Program-made: the position numbers and the translations under genes
In this document: positions 1 to 12,996 of the stretch, piece by piece
How the letters are laid out: every line of letters starts with the position of its first letter
How positions within the stretch are numbered: the stretch's first letter is position 1
NCBI GenBank assembly: GCA_965112735.1
Contig: OZ218955.1
Span: 2,914,001 to 2,978,000 of the forward strand
Reading direction: 5' to 3'
Origin: Phaeosaccion multiseriatum
Taxonomy: Eukaryota; Protista; Ochrophyta, other classes
Length of the DNA: 64,000 bases
The notes under the pieces: generated by a model
What the model was told of the DNA's origin: nothing
Seen by the model: the letters and a program-made list of their open reading frames with translations, nothing else
The model's database searches: none

Positions 1-132
1 ACTACAGGCCAGAGGCCTCCTTATCAACTCTTCCCCTCCCCTCTCTTCCACATGCACATGCCATGTGAGCACCGAGCCCCTTCCATGTCAGGATAGGATG
101 GGATCACACGCACCACCCGACCTACGACCTAC

Positions 133-797
133 CTTGCGAGGTCATCCATGTTGGTCTGAATGGCCAAGTGAGAGATGTCTCCATCGGCGCCAATCACCAG
201 GGGAGAGCGCCACTTGGCAAAGCGAGCCCCAGCGTCGTAGTACTCCTTGCAACGCACGTTCAGAGAGTCCAGCCCTTGCATCACCGTCTCCCCCTCCTTG
301 CAGCCAGGCAGCTCGTACACCTTCAAGTGCGGTTTCACGCCAGGCACGATGCCTCGGTCTGCCAGCAGCTTTGGGAAAGGCACCCCGTCATCTGACTTTT
401 GGAACAGCGTCTCTGGGTCTAAAATGGCTCCGCTGAGGAAGTCGGGTCCGTTCGGGACGGTGAAGAGCATCTGGCGGTAGATCCGTCGCTGCTCCTCGGA
501 GTTCTCAATGCCCACCGCCTCGAAGCGAGCCCCCACTGTCGCTGGGCCTTCGTCGCACGCAGTCAACCCCTTGCCGAACTGTGTCATTGCCTTCGCCGTG
601 GCCAGCAGCTCTGCCTTTCGCTCCTTTGAGAGGTGCTCCCCGCCATGGCTCATTAGCAGCTGCGACGACCGAGAGGTTCTCTGGGCACCGTTGCGGCTGC
701 TGCTCAATACCGAAGTGCTTGTGAAGCAAAATGCACAGCTTCCATGCAGAGATGCAAACAGCAGAAGCGCACCCGCCCCGGATGCCGCCTTTACCAT
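133..797 (-). CDS. FBA: Fructose-bisphosphate aldolase class I, plastid-targeted; exon 1 only, gene continues past the window start
   Basis: Class I FBA motifs KGLTACDEG, NSEEQRRIYRQMLF, GAILDPETLFQ, QGLDSL..RCKEYYDAGARFAKWR, IQTNMDDLAR. ATG at 797 with signal peptide ...GSCA|F. Donor AG|GTAGGT at 132. Confidence 0.93.
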
Positions 798-1783
798 GCT
801 TAGGGCCGGACTTGTGTCTGGGAAGCTGCTCTGAGATAAGGCGAAGGGGAGGATAAAAGGGGGCCGGGGGCACAACGTATGCGCCCGGCACAAATGGCGA
901 TTCTGTATCACCACCTCATTGGGATGTTGTACGGCCGCCAGATGATCAGACAACCATTGATCAGCTATATGATCAGCTGCCTCGGATGTGGCCCTTCTTA
1001 ATCCTCTCAGCATATGAGTAGGTGCGTTGGTATAGAGGCGAAGGAAGAGAATGAAGCAGATCGGGTTTTTTTTTTTTTAGGGGAACCAGGCCAAAGCCCT
1101 CTCATTTGTCGATGATTAAACCTATTGGGAGGAGACTCCATGAAGTATTCACACATGACTACGCCACATTTAGCTAGATAGTATATGAGACAAATGAGAC
1201 CCTTCAGGTGCCGAGAAGGCGTGAAGAGATTAAACAGACCATCCCCAAAGTAACCCCCCCCCCCCGGTCGACTCGCTTGCTATCGGCCTTCTCTCAAAAG
1301 CGCCACACGCATAAGGCTTTGACTGGAAACAGCGGGTCGCGCTCTCCGACAGAGTCGATGTACAATAGCGGTATCAACATCTCTGCTGCGGGGGGTTACA
1401 GACTCGCTCTGCTGCCCTCGACCGCTATCCTCTGCTCCAGCCCATCTGCGCCAGGTAGGTCCAATGATCCGTGCTGCCGGCTTTATAATTTCGTACTTAG
1501 TATGTAGTCTCTCCTCAATCATCACATGACACATCTTCGTCTCTCTTTTTGGCCCCCCCTTTTACGCCACAGAGTGGAGGAGAGCAAGTATGTATGGCGC
1601 TGGATGAGACTCTCTCTCTCTCCGAGTTGCCCCCTCTGTCCCGGGAGGCGTCAGCATCGGGTACCTGGCGCCGAGACTCAGGCGTAGCTTGAACCCACCC
1701 GACCAACCTCACACCCCCCACTCAGCACACCTCCGTCCTCTTTCTACCGTTCAGCACCAGTCGGTGATACTGATACAGTAGCC

Positions 1784-4374
1784 ATGGCCTCCTCGTGCCT
1801 GGCCAAGGTGTTCGCCCTCCTGCTGCCCGAGGCAGAGGGCGGCCAGCGGTACCAGGGCGACTTGGAGCGGCTCACGCGGAAGGTTTACTCTTTCCTGGAG
1901 AGGCACGCGTGTATCGTCAGCAGCATCACTAACAGCACCGCTACTAGCAGCAGCAGCAGTAGCAGTAGCACTAGCAAGAAGTTGGGTGGGGGGGAAGCAG
2001 TGCGACAGTGCGCCAGGAGGAGGAGGAGGAGGAGGTTGTTGTTGCTTCCCTCTGACGATGATGATCAACACGAGGGGCACACAAGCAGCAGTGATGGGGC
2101 ACGGAGGAAAGCACCACCACCAGCGCAACCGCAACGGCAACGGCTCCGGTCCGTGTGCCCCAGATGCAAAGCTCATGAGGAGAGAGGCTGGCACCCCAGC
2201 GTGAGGCTAGAGGAGGGCAGAGGCAAAGACGAAGAAGGTGAAGGCCAAAGCGAGGCGGAATGGAAGGACGGCGGGAAGAGTAAGGCAGGGAGGGTGGAAT
2301 ACTGTTACGCCGGCAGTGGGAGGCAAGGCGGCGTATCGCAAGTGGGAGAGAGAAGCGTCGTCGCCAAGTCTCCCATCCCCGCAGGCTGCTTGCTGTTGAG
2401 GGAGAAGCCCTTTGCCGTGGTTGTCGAGAGGGGCGCCAACGACCTGCAGGGACAAAGGGGTGGTGGTGGTGCTCCACCGGACAGTCGCCATCGGTGGTGC
2501 AGCTATTGCTTGCACGAGTCCATAGACTCCTCCGCCCCGTTCTGTTCTCGCCACTGCTTACGCCTGGGCACCTGGCATGGTTGCGACGGGGGCACTGCCA
2601 GCGACCGTGACAGTGATGGGGAGAGTGAGAGCGAGGATGAGGGTGAGGGTGGCAGTGAGTGGGATATTTGGCATGATAAGACAGTGCGGCGGATGGGCAC
2701 AAGGCAGCGATTGTTGCTGCCGGTGGACGTCGAGCTCGCAGCACGGCTTCGTAGCGAGAGGAGGAGGAGGGCGAGGGCGAGGGCGAGGGGTGCGAGTGGT
2801 GGCAAGGTTGTACAAAGTGGGGGCGGACGAGGCGAAGAGCGCAATGACGCTACAGCAGCCGCGAGAATGGCAGGGGGAGATGGAGGACAAGCAGGAGCAG
2901 GAGCGAGAGCAACAGGAGCAGCAGGAGCACCATTAGCAGCTGCAGCAGCCGCCGCAGGGGAGTACCTGAAGGGGGTTTCTCTGGTGTCCCTTCCGACGAG
3001 AAAAGCAATCGCCATGGCAACCGACGCCTCCCTCGGTAAGTAAGCCTAAGTATGCTTAAGTAAGCCTAAATCAGCCTAAGTCAGCTCTCTCTTCCCCTCT
3101 CCACCTCTTCTGACTGATGTGGCTGGGCGTGGAGTGAGTGTACCTTTCGCCTTTTGCTGCGGAGGGAGCTCCTTCTCGCGCCGGTGCAACGTTGAGACTG
3201 ATGACTCATGAAATAGAAAGATGGCGATGGTGATTCCAGCTGGCTTTTCCCCTGAGGGTCTGACGCCGAGGGCCTTTCTTTAAAGGCCCATTCAAAGTTG
3301 ATCCCAAAGCTTTGTAGCCTTCCTTCCTTCCTTCGCCTGCTCAAGCAACGAAAGCAAGGCCTCTTTTTTTATGACACTGTTCCATTGTTTTATGACACTG
3401 TTCCATTGTTTTAACACTGTTCCATTGTTTTATGACACTGTTCCATTGTTTTATGACACTGTTCCATTGTTTTAACACTGTTCCATTGTTTTATGACACT
3501 GTTCCATTGTTTTATGACACTGTTCCATTGTGCGCGAGAGGGTAATGTTTAGGCACTACCCTCCTACCTACCCCTCGCCGAACCCCTGGCCGACTGAAGA
3601 GCGCCCCGCCACCCACACTCGTACCCACCTCCCATCTACACCCAGCCGCCATCGAATACGCGGGGAGAGAACCCTCGAGAGGACGGGATTTCGATGTCGA
3701 GATTCATGTCGATAGGCAGGGGGACGATCAACAGGCAGGAGGAGCAACAGCAGCAGTTGGTGATACAGCGGGAGCGACAGCAGAAGCGGGAGAAGAAGAC
3801 GGCGCTACTGCGGCTGTGGAGATGCTGCGCTGCCTGGCCCAAGTGCGCTGCAACAGCTTCGCCATCTCCAAGCTCATCACCACCTCGACCCGCCCACCTC
3901 CCCTGGCCCCACCCTCAGCGCCCCACACGCCCGACATACACGAAACGCTCGACAACAGCCCCTCCCTCTCGGTGGGTGTAGAGCAGAGGCGTCTCGCGAC
4001 GGGCATCTTCATGCATCTGGCCCGTCTGAATCACTCGTGCGAGCCCTCGGCCCTTGTCGGTTTCGACGGGGTTGGAGCCTCGCTTGTGGCCACGAGGAAC
4101 ATTCCTGCCGGAGAGCAAGTGACCATATCGTACGGTAAGAAGAGGTGGGGTATATGTGGTGTGGTAACGTGTGGTACACGGTGCCGGTGTGAGGTGTGTG
4201 TGTGAGGGAGGGAGTGAGGGAGTGAGGGAGTGAGTGAGGGAGGGAGTGTGTGAGGGAGTGTGTGTGTGAGGGGGCCTTCCTTCCTGCTGTTCGCTGTTTT
4301 GTACAGTACCAGAACAACCCGACTGCAAGACCTACACACACACATCACCATATCCATGTCACTCACACACACAT

Positions 4375-4416
<42 letters not shown>

Positions 4417-5247
4417 CACACCGCAGGTCCCCTGGCATCCGACATGCCCACCGCGGCTGATCGGCGCAGAGTCATATGGGCGCGCTGGGGCTTCTTATGC
4501 GAGTGCTCTGCCTGCGGCTCTGCTGGAGAGGCAGGCCTCGGCCGTGACGGCTCCGAGCTGTCACGGGCGGAAGCAGCAGGAGCGGTTGGTGATGCAGGGT
4601 CCATGCCGTCATCACCAACGGACCGTGAGGAGGCGAGGGCGAGGCATGGCGACGCATTGCGATTTGCGAGGGCAAACACTTTGCTCTTTGGGGGCAACGA
4701 AGGGAAGAGGCAGGCGGACGCCGAGGAGGAGGGGCTGCTTCTGTTGAAGGAGTGCTTGGGTAGGAGGCTGGCGAGTTACGAGCAAAGCAAGAGCAACAAG
4801 AGTAGCAGCAGCAGCAGTAGTAGTAGTAGTAGCAGTAGCAGCAACAGTCATATGGGCACCTTCGTGGAGAGCGCCAGGAGTCTGGCCAATGTGTACGACG
4901 TCATGGGGAGGATGGCAGTCAACGGAGGGAGGTACGGCGAGGCCGTGCGGTGGTGCACTCAGGCGTTGCAGCTCCTCAAGGAAGCCACCCGCGTAGGCGG
5001 CAGCGGAAGTCATATGGGCAGCAGCGTGGAGATTGGAATGGAGTGCCTGAAGCTGGCGGAGCTTTGTGCGATGGGAGGAGCTGCCCCTGCTGTGACTACC
5101 ATGCACCTCCGGGAGGCCAAGGAGGTGCTCGGTAGGTGCTTGCCGCCGCCGCCGGAGCGCCAACATGATCATTATCAGGATGGGGGTGAGGACGATGACG
5201 ACCTGTGGAGGCGGCTGAGGGAGCTGGAGGAGTTCTGTGGGCAGTGA
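1784..5247 (+). CDS. SET and MYND-like (SMYD-type) lysine methyltransferase; exons 1784-3035, 3553-4134, 4427-5247
   Basis: Split SET domain: RSVVAKSPIPAGCLLLREKPFA; MYND-like CSYC...FCSRHC; NHSCEP...ATRNIPAGEQVTISYG; post-SET WGFLCECSAC; TPR-like C-terminus. Phase-1 junctions keep the frame. 5' end uncertain. Confidence 0.88.
3367..3530. repeat. Intronic AT-rich minisatellite with 21/19-bp units in higher-order order A-A-B-A-A-B-A-A
   Basis: A=TTTTATGACACTGTTCCATTG, B=TTTTAACACTGTTCCATTG; 8 units, 164 bp. Confidence 0.95.
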
Positions 5248-5796
5248 TCGTTCCAGCGTCTGTCGGTGTCAAGGGTATCATCTGTCTAAGTCATTCATCT
5301 GATCGAATGGTTGATTGTGTTGATTCCACGCATGTCTCCTTTCCTTTCGCTTCTGTATGTATATACCGTGTACATGAACCTATGTGTGTGTGTGTGTGAG
5401 AGAGAGAGGGGGCTCTGCTGCTCCCAAGTGGCGCTCTGCGAGCAACAAAGAAGAATGGGTTTAATTGTTATAAAGAGAAGAACGAAACCTTTGGAGGCCT
5501 CTGGAAAATCTGAGGCCTTCCACTTCTTCCCCAGTGGGCCCACCACCACAAGGCCTCCCCCCTCCTACACCTCAACGCAGAGCCACAAGGGCTTGTTATT
5601 GCTTGCATCTGCTGCCGCTCCTGTTTCATTTCAGCTTTATATGCTGCGGGATGGGGTGGGGTTGCTGTTTTGTGCTGCGGGGTGGGGTGGGGTTGCGCTC
5701 CGTAACGGCCAGGCGTAACGGCCAGCGCCGTTTCCAGAGAGTCCTTCTCCGGGCTCGAAACTTACATTGAAAAGTTGCCTGCCCATCGCAATCCTC

Positions 5797-6228
5797 TTAC
5801 AGTTCGTCCCCTCGTGAAGCATCGCCTCCTCCTCTTCCTCCTCCTCTTCCTCCTCCTTGGCCCTTCTGCGCGAGACGGTCCTCAACGAGAGCGAGGCGGA
5901 GTGCGCTGCCCGTGTTGGGACTCTGCGTCGGGCTGTGCACAGACTTGAGGCGGATGGCCATTCTGCGCTGCTGCTTCTTGTTCGAGGGCCACCCCTTGGC
6001 CTTGGCACTGCTGCTGCTGCTGCTGCTGCTGGTGGTGGTGCTGGTGCCACCAGAGTTCTCTTCCCCCTTCCCCTCTTGCTCACCTTCCAGCCATCGTACG
6101 TCAGCCCAGAGCTGAGATACTAAGCCCTCGTCCTCCTGTGGTAGAGGGGTTCAGGATCATGAAGGGGTGGGGAGGAAGTGCCGAGACACAGGAGAGGAGG
6201 GGGGTACAGAGAGATCGAAAGGTCGATC

Positions 6229-6268
<40 letters not shown>

Positions 6269-6458
6269 CCGAGCGAGGGAAGGGTAAACGGTGTGAGCCA
6301 TACGTGTCACGTAAAGAATAAAGCCTGAGACCGACAACAACAAAGCAAACGGGGGTGCGAACAATCCGCACACATCCATTCGTCTGAAGAAAGAAGTAGA
6401 GACAGACTCACGCACACACACACACACACACGTACACACACCCACACACCCACACACA

Positions 6459-6527
<69 letters not shown>

Positions 6528-9524
6528 GTACCATCGCTGTGACCTGTCCTCTGCTGCCGCCGCCGCCGCCCAGCAAGAGGCGAGCCTCGTCCTCGCTCAC
6601 CATCACGAGGGGAGGAGTGCCTGGTGTCATGTGCACCACACCCTCCTCGTCACCCCCTCTGCCGCTACTACTGCCGCCACTACTGCCACTGCTGCTGGTG
6701 GTGGTGGTACAGGTGCTGCTGCTGCTGCTAGTTTTGATGAGCTGTGCCTGCAAGTGGCCAGGGAGGTGTCGTAGGGCGATACCCGGGGGGGCAGTAACGG
6801 CCACGAGGGAAGGTTGCTGAGAGGAGTCCAGTCTGGACACGATCGCCAGCTGTGAAGTGAAGCCATCGTTCCAGGACGAGGGGAAGAGGAGGAGGTGAAG
6901 AAGAGGGAGGCAGACAGAGGAAGAGGAGGAGGGGGAAGGAGAGGGAGAGGCAGAAGAGAGGGGGAGGGAGAAAGGGAGGGAGAAGGAGAGGGAGAGGCGG
7001 GGAGGACGCGGGGAAAGGGAACCAAACAGAGGGGCGTTAGGACCACAAAGGGCACAGAGGCGAAGAATGGCCTGGGCGGGCTTGGCGACGCTTTGGTCGT
7101 GTGTAAGGTAAGGCAGGGTCGGGGGTTTCATGCATCGAAAAAGCAGAAATTTAAGGAAGGAAGAGCACACAGCCCACAAGCCCCTCCCGGCTCCTCTTTC
7201 TCTCTCTCCTCTCTCTCTCTCTCTCTGTCCTCTGTCTCTGTCCTCTCCGCTCTCTCTCTCCTCTCTCTCTGTTTCTCCTCTCTTTGTGCGTGTGTGCGTA
7301 TGTGTCTGCGTGTGCGTGTGCGTGTGCGTGGGCAGCAAAGCACCGCAGCTCAGCACACCGCAGCACTCCCTTCCCCCTCCCCCCAAAACCTCCTCCTCCT
7401 CCTCCTCCTCCTCCTCCTCCTCCTCCTCCTCCTCCTCCTCCTCCTCCTCCTCCTTTTCCTCCTCCTCCTCCTCCTCCTCCTCCTCCTCCTCCTCCTCCTC
7501 CTCCTCCTCCTCCTCCTCCTCCTCCTCCTCCTCCTCCTTCTCCTTCTCCTTCTCCTCCTCCTCCTCCTCCTCCTCCTCCTCCTCCTCACCTGCTGCTCTA
7601 TACCGCAGTCCCCGCTGTGCCCATCCACCCCCCCCGCAGCCTTGCCCTCATCACCCGTGACGAGGAGGAGGAGGAGCCCTGTCACCTCAGCCGACCCCCC
7701 GGGGAACCCTCCTGCCCCGGCGGTTACGATTTCTGACATCACTGCCTCCGTCAAGGCGTGTGCATCACACCATCTCGTGGAAGGAATCGCCAACACCGCC
7801 AGGGACTGAGCCCCCCACTGCGCCTCCACCGCTGCTGCTACCACAGAGGGTGCTGCTGCTCTATCACCAACTCCTGCTGCTTTATCACTAACTGCTGCTG
7901 CTGCTGCTGCTGCTGCTGTCTGTGATAGAGTAGACGGAGAGGGAAGATCCGCTCGCAAGAACTCCACCCTCGCACTTCCCGCCAAGAGGACTCCACTCTT
8001 TGCCAGAGAGACCATCGGCACTACCACCACCACCTCATCCTCCTCCTCCTCTTCCTCCTGCTCCTCCTCTTCCTCCTGCTCCTCCTGCTCCTCCTCCTGC
8101 TCCTCCTCCTCCTCTTCCTCCTCCTCCTCCTCCACCACCACCACCCCCATCACCACACCCTCCTCCTCGCCCTCTGGCACCGGCTCCTTGGCGCCCTGCG
8201 ACAGCTCGCTGCTGTTGCTGCTGGTCCTGCTGCTGGTCCTGCTGCTGGTGCTGCTGCTGGTGCTGCTGGTCCTGCTGCTCGTGCTGCTGGTGCTGCTGGT
8301 GCTGCTGGTGCTGCTGGTCCTGCTGCTGGTCCTGCTGCTGGTGCTGCTGGTGGTGCTGCTGACGGTGTTGTCTATGTCACCTGTTCTGCCCCCCCTAGCC
8401 TCTGCACCATCCCCTGCCGCATCTCGTTCTGCAGTAGCAGTTGGTGGTACAGCAGCAGTCTCAGCCGAAAGACGGGCACCAGCACCAGCAGCAGAAGAAG
8501 AGCCAGTAGCAGCATCAACAACACCACCACCAGCTTCCCTTCGCTCCACCCCCACCCCGTCCTCCTCCTCCTCCTCCTCCTCCTCCTCCTCCTCCTCCTC
8601 CTCCTCCTCCTCCTCCTCCTCTCTGCGCTGCGACTCGTTGTGTACGTCATGCTGCTGGTCATGTGCTTGCAGGCATCGTGTGGTCACCGCAAGCTCTCCC
8701 TGAAGGGCGCCGTGTCGGTGGTGCCGGAACATGTCTTGGATGGAGGCAAAGGCCGTATTGCTGATCATCACGGCCGGGATAGTGGTTTTCTGTGTAAATA
8801 TGCGTATGTAAGAAAAGAGAGATAGGGAGAGAGAGAGGGGGGAGGGAGGGAGAGTGAGAGAGGGGAAGAGCAAGTGAGGAGAAACACGCACCGGGAGGCG
8901 AACGAAGACAGAGAGGTAGAGATCGATAGAGTTTAAGTTTAAGATTGTAAGTTGGGGAGACAGCGGATGTGGTGGGGGAGAGGGAGGGGTGGATGGAGGG
9001 GGGCGAAATCTGATGCTTCCGAAGGAGAACGTCCACGACCGCGACAAGCCGAGGGGCTGAGGGGTGAAGCACAGGTACGTAAGCACGTTCACACGATAGT
9101 CCAGGCTTCGCCACATTCAAGTTCTGTAACGCCTCCTCCGCCTGGCGCTCCCTGCCGCCCTCTCCTGACCTGCCCCCCCTCCCTCTCACACACACACTTT
9201 CTCTCATGCCCTCCCCCCCCTCTCGCTCCCTCTGTCTGGGAGTCTCGTACCCCATGCCTCGCCCTCTGGCTCCCTCTGCCTCCCTCTCTCGCTCGCTCGC
9301 CCTCTCTCCCTCCATCCCTCCCCCCCTCTCCCTTTCTCTCTTGCCCTCTTCCTCGATATCTCCTTCACCCTCTTCCCCTCTTCCTAAATATTTCTCTCGC
9401 CCTCTTCCTCACTCACTCTCTCTCACCCTCTCCCTCACTCTCTCTCTCACCCTCTCCCTCACTCTCTCTCTGACCCTCCCTCGCTATATCTCCCGCCCTC
9501 TTCCTTGCCACCTCTCTCTCTCTC

Positions 9525-9584
<60 letters not shown>

Positions 9585-11599
9585 GCCCCTCTGCCTACCT
9601 CACCTGTTCCCCTTCTGCATCCATCTCAAGTGTTCCCGGCCCATCGTCCGCGATGATGACCGAAGCAGCCCCGGCATTCTCCGCAGCCACTGCCTTGGAC
9701 ACGAAGGAGCACCCCCCTCCCCTTCGCACCACCACGTGTGCCCCTCGGTAAGGCGAGGAGGAAGCATTCACGTCAGTTCCACCACCACCATCACCACCTC
9801 CTCCACCCCTGCTGCTGCTGCTGCTGCTGCTGCTATTATTCCCTCCCCGCCCTCTCTTCCCGCTTTCGCCAGCTGTGAGTTTGCTGCATCCGTACTCAGG
9901 CACCGCTAACACCACCTCCCCGGTGGGGCAGTCGCTGGGCTCGCCTCCAAAGACCGACTTGGTGACGGGCAGCGCAGGGAGAGGGAGGGGGCCCATCCAC
10001 AGGCGAATATGCCTGAGGGGGAGGAGTATGTGTGTGTGAGAGAGAGAGAGAGAGAGAGCGTGTGTGTGCGTATGCGTGTGTGTGTGTGAGAGAGAGAGAG
10101 CGTGTGTGTGCGTATGCGTGTGTGTGCGTGTGAGAGAGGGAGAGAGCGTGTGTGTGCGTGTGTGTGTGTGTGTGTGTGTGCGTATGCGTGTGTGTGCGTG
10201 TGCGCCCTCCCTCCCTCCCTCCCTCCTTGGTCATAAGTGTACACACCATGCAGACAAGTACATAACAAATACGTAACACGTACGTACCAGCTGGCATGCT
10301 CCGCTACGGCTGCGTGATGAAGTTGGGGACTGTACATGTCCAGCACCTCCCTGAGTCACACACACACACACACACACACGAGTTAGTCGGGCAACGGCAG
10401 GCCCCAGTCGGACACCACTCAACGGCGCAGCACGAGAAGTAAACGAAGTAGGGTGGGGAGCAGCGAAGACAAAGAGGCGAGGAGGCAAGGTGAAAGGTGC
10501 TGGTTTTGTGTGGCCACCAAGGGAGGAAGCGGAATAAGGAACGACCCTCCTTCTTCCCTTCCCTCCCTCCCTTCCTTCCTTCCCTCCCTCCCTCCCTTCC
10601 TTCCTTCCTTCCCTCCCTCCCTCCCTCCCTCCCTTCCTTCCTTCCTTCCTTCCTTCCTTCCTTCCTTCCTTCCTTCCTTCCTTCCTTCCTTCCTTCCTCC
10701 GTCCGTCCCTCCCTCCCTCCCACACGTATTCCGCACCTGTGCTGCTCGTCCTTGGGCCGTATAGTCAGCGCCACCCAACTGCTGCTGCTGGTACCACTAC
10801 TAGTACCACTGCTGCTACTACTGCTGCCGAAGACATCCCCTCTTCCCTTTCTTCTCGTGATTTGCGTCTCCTCCTCCTTCCTCCTCCCTCTACCATCCCG
10901 ACCCGGACCACCCACTGCGCCAATCCCGCCGTCCATTTCCCTCGCTGTTGTTGCCCTATGCCGTGCCTGTCTCCTCTTTGCCCTAGCATCCTTTGCCGCC
11001 GCCGCTGCAGCATCATACGCTTCGTCCTCTCGCTCCCTGTCTTGCTTTTCCAGGACAATATCCTTGAGCCTTTCAGCAAATGCGGCAGGCGATAGCCCTG
11101 AGCGAGCACAGGCAACCAGGGAGGGAGAGAGGGAGAGGAGGAGGTGAGCCTATCAACGCCAGACACAAGCAGGGAAGCACTGACGGACGTACGCAGAAGG
11201 GGGGGGGGGAGTGCAACACCCTTCACACTCACCTACAACATCTTGGCCTTCCAAGCCCACCACTCTGTCTCCCAGCACCAGACCGCCCTTCGCTGCCAGC
11301 CACGGCTTGTCTCCCACTCCTCCTCCTCCTCCTCCTCCTCCTCGGCCCGGGACCCACCCGGTCACCTCAAGTGCTTCACCGACGGCCATTCCGAGGGGCA
11401 TTTGGGAGAGAGGCACGTACACGTCGAAGTCGAAGTCCGTGCGAGCCAAAGTGCTGCTGCTGTTCGCGGCCTTCAAAGGCGGTACGAGCTGTGTCTGCTG
11501 TGCCTGGGCCCTTTCTATCCGCTCTTGCAAGACGGAGATGTGGGAGAGGAGGAAGAGGAGGGGAGGAACGAGGCGATGCGGCCGCAGTCGCTTCGCCAT
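5797..11599 (-). CDS. ER-lumen protein: signal peptide, PDZ-like domain, two PA (protease-associated) domains, J-like C-terminus, GDEL; exons 11599-11233, 11097-10737, ~10350-10288, 10012-9604, 8789-7590, 6849-6526, 6111-5797
   Basis: PDZ-like: PLGMAV...[21 protein letters not shown]...VALTIRP. PA: GC...[30 protein letters not shown]...IPAVMIS. Second degenerate PA (WC...DCGIEQQ...PLVMVS). Spliced frame ends ...RGDEL-TAA. Start codon inferred. Confidence 0.78.
7389..7586. repeat. (CCT)n microsatellite of about 200 bp, immediately after the minus-strand donor at 7589
   Basis: Near-pure CCT run that is intronic in the PDZ/PA gene. Confidence 0.95.
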
Positions 11600-12996
11600 T
11601 GCTGCCTGTGAAGCCTCTCTAAAGGTAGCTTCGCCCAATACTATGGCTCGAGATAGAGGAAGGGTGACGGAGGGAAGGCACACAGGGGGGGAAGGGGGAG
11701 ATGGAGGGTGAAGTGGAAGAGAGAAGCGGAAAAATACATGGAAATTGAAGGAGAAGCGAGGGAACGGTTCCATAAGCCTACGTAAGCTTATGCAAAGAAT
11801 TTGGCTCTCTCTGATCGTTTGCCTGGGAGGACAGAGCGTGAGCATAGAGCGGCTGCAGGTTGGGGAGCAGAGAGGAGGGGCGATAGGAGAAACTAGGCGG
11901 TGGATGGGGCCGGCCCGGACAAAATGAGAAGGAGGAAAAGTCGATAAACGAGCTAGTTCAAAGTGGGCCGTCTTCGGTGGAGGATAGGAGCCTTGGCTGG
12001 AGCGCGGGGAAGTGGCGAGGCAGGCCTCCGCCCAACAGGGCTTCGGGGTGCAAAGAGAAACCTTCAAGGTAGGGTTACAACAGGCCAGGAGAGAGAGGTC
12101 TGGGTGTGCGGCAGCGAAGAAGAATCGGCCAGCGGCGGGGGGGGAGGAGGGTTGCCCTCACTGGATCGGATAGATGGGGAGGGAGAAGGAGGGGAGTTGA
12201 TGCGGCAAGGACAGAGTGGGTAGCTTTGCTTCTAAGCTCTCTCCAAGCCTGTTGAGAGTTTTAGAGGGGTGCGAGGTGCCTGGCGCGTCTGGTCGTGGCA
12301 AGCCGGTGGGACTTCGTTTGAGGTGGTGGCAGATGCGGCCCTTTGTATTGCAGCAACCGGAAGCCCTTGGGGTGGGAAAGAGGGGGACAACAGAGCGTTA
12401 GCAGTAGGAGAGTGGCAGGAGAACAACTGGAGAGCAGCGGCACGCTCAAGCAGCGGCAGCAGTAGCAGTAGCATCAGGAGCATCCTCAGTCAGCAACCTT
12501 TTTCTTTCTTGTTCAGGGCAAGGCTTTGGATCGCGGAGGGCGGTGGACCTGTGTGTGTGTGTTTCTGTGTTACTCATGCCTGTCGAAGAGACTGCTCACC
12601 CCCCCCCCCCTGTCCCACGCCCCCTTTCTGCCCTTCCTTCTTGAACTCAACTGCACATTCCTTCAACTAAAGCAAGCTACCTGCTTTACTGTTCAGCACA
12701 AGTTGTGCGAGGGTAGGTGCTGCTGGTACTGCTGGTGGTGACTCGGAAGCTCACCCCACGGGGGGGGGGGTTGCGGGGTCCGACAGTGAAGGCTCGGACC
12801 TGGCCGGATACCACTGCTCCTCACTCGCCATGCCTGCAGCACACGGGCTTGGCTAGATTACGCTATCCCCCAGAGGGGGGGGGGCGTGGGGTATAGCACC
12901 AGTGGGACTGGATTATTTGCTGACGAAGAAGGCAGCAGCAGCAACGCCAGCAGCAGCAGCAGTTGCAGCAGCAGTTGGTGATACAGGAGGGGCACC

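Noticed and set aside
798-1013. Upstream extension of the aldolase ORF
   Set aside because: The signal peptide begins at ATG 797; the extension reads like UTR.
12232-12483. Signal-peptide-like ORF MLLMLLLLLPLL as the start of the PDZ/PA gene
   Set aside because: The hydrophobic run comes from a CTG repeat followed by an acceptor-like CCCCAAG, and no in-frame GT link was found. It is more likely intron or 5' UTR.
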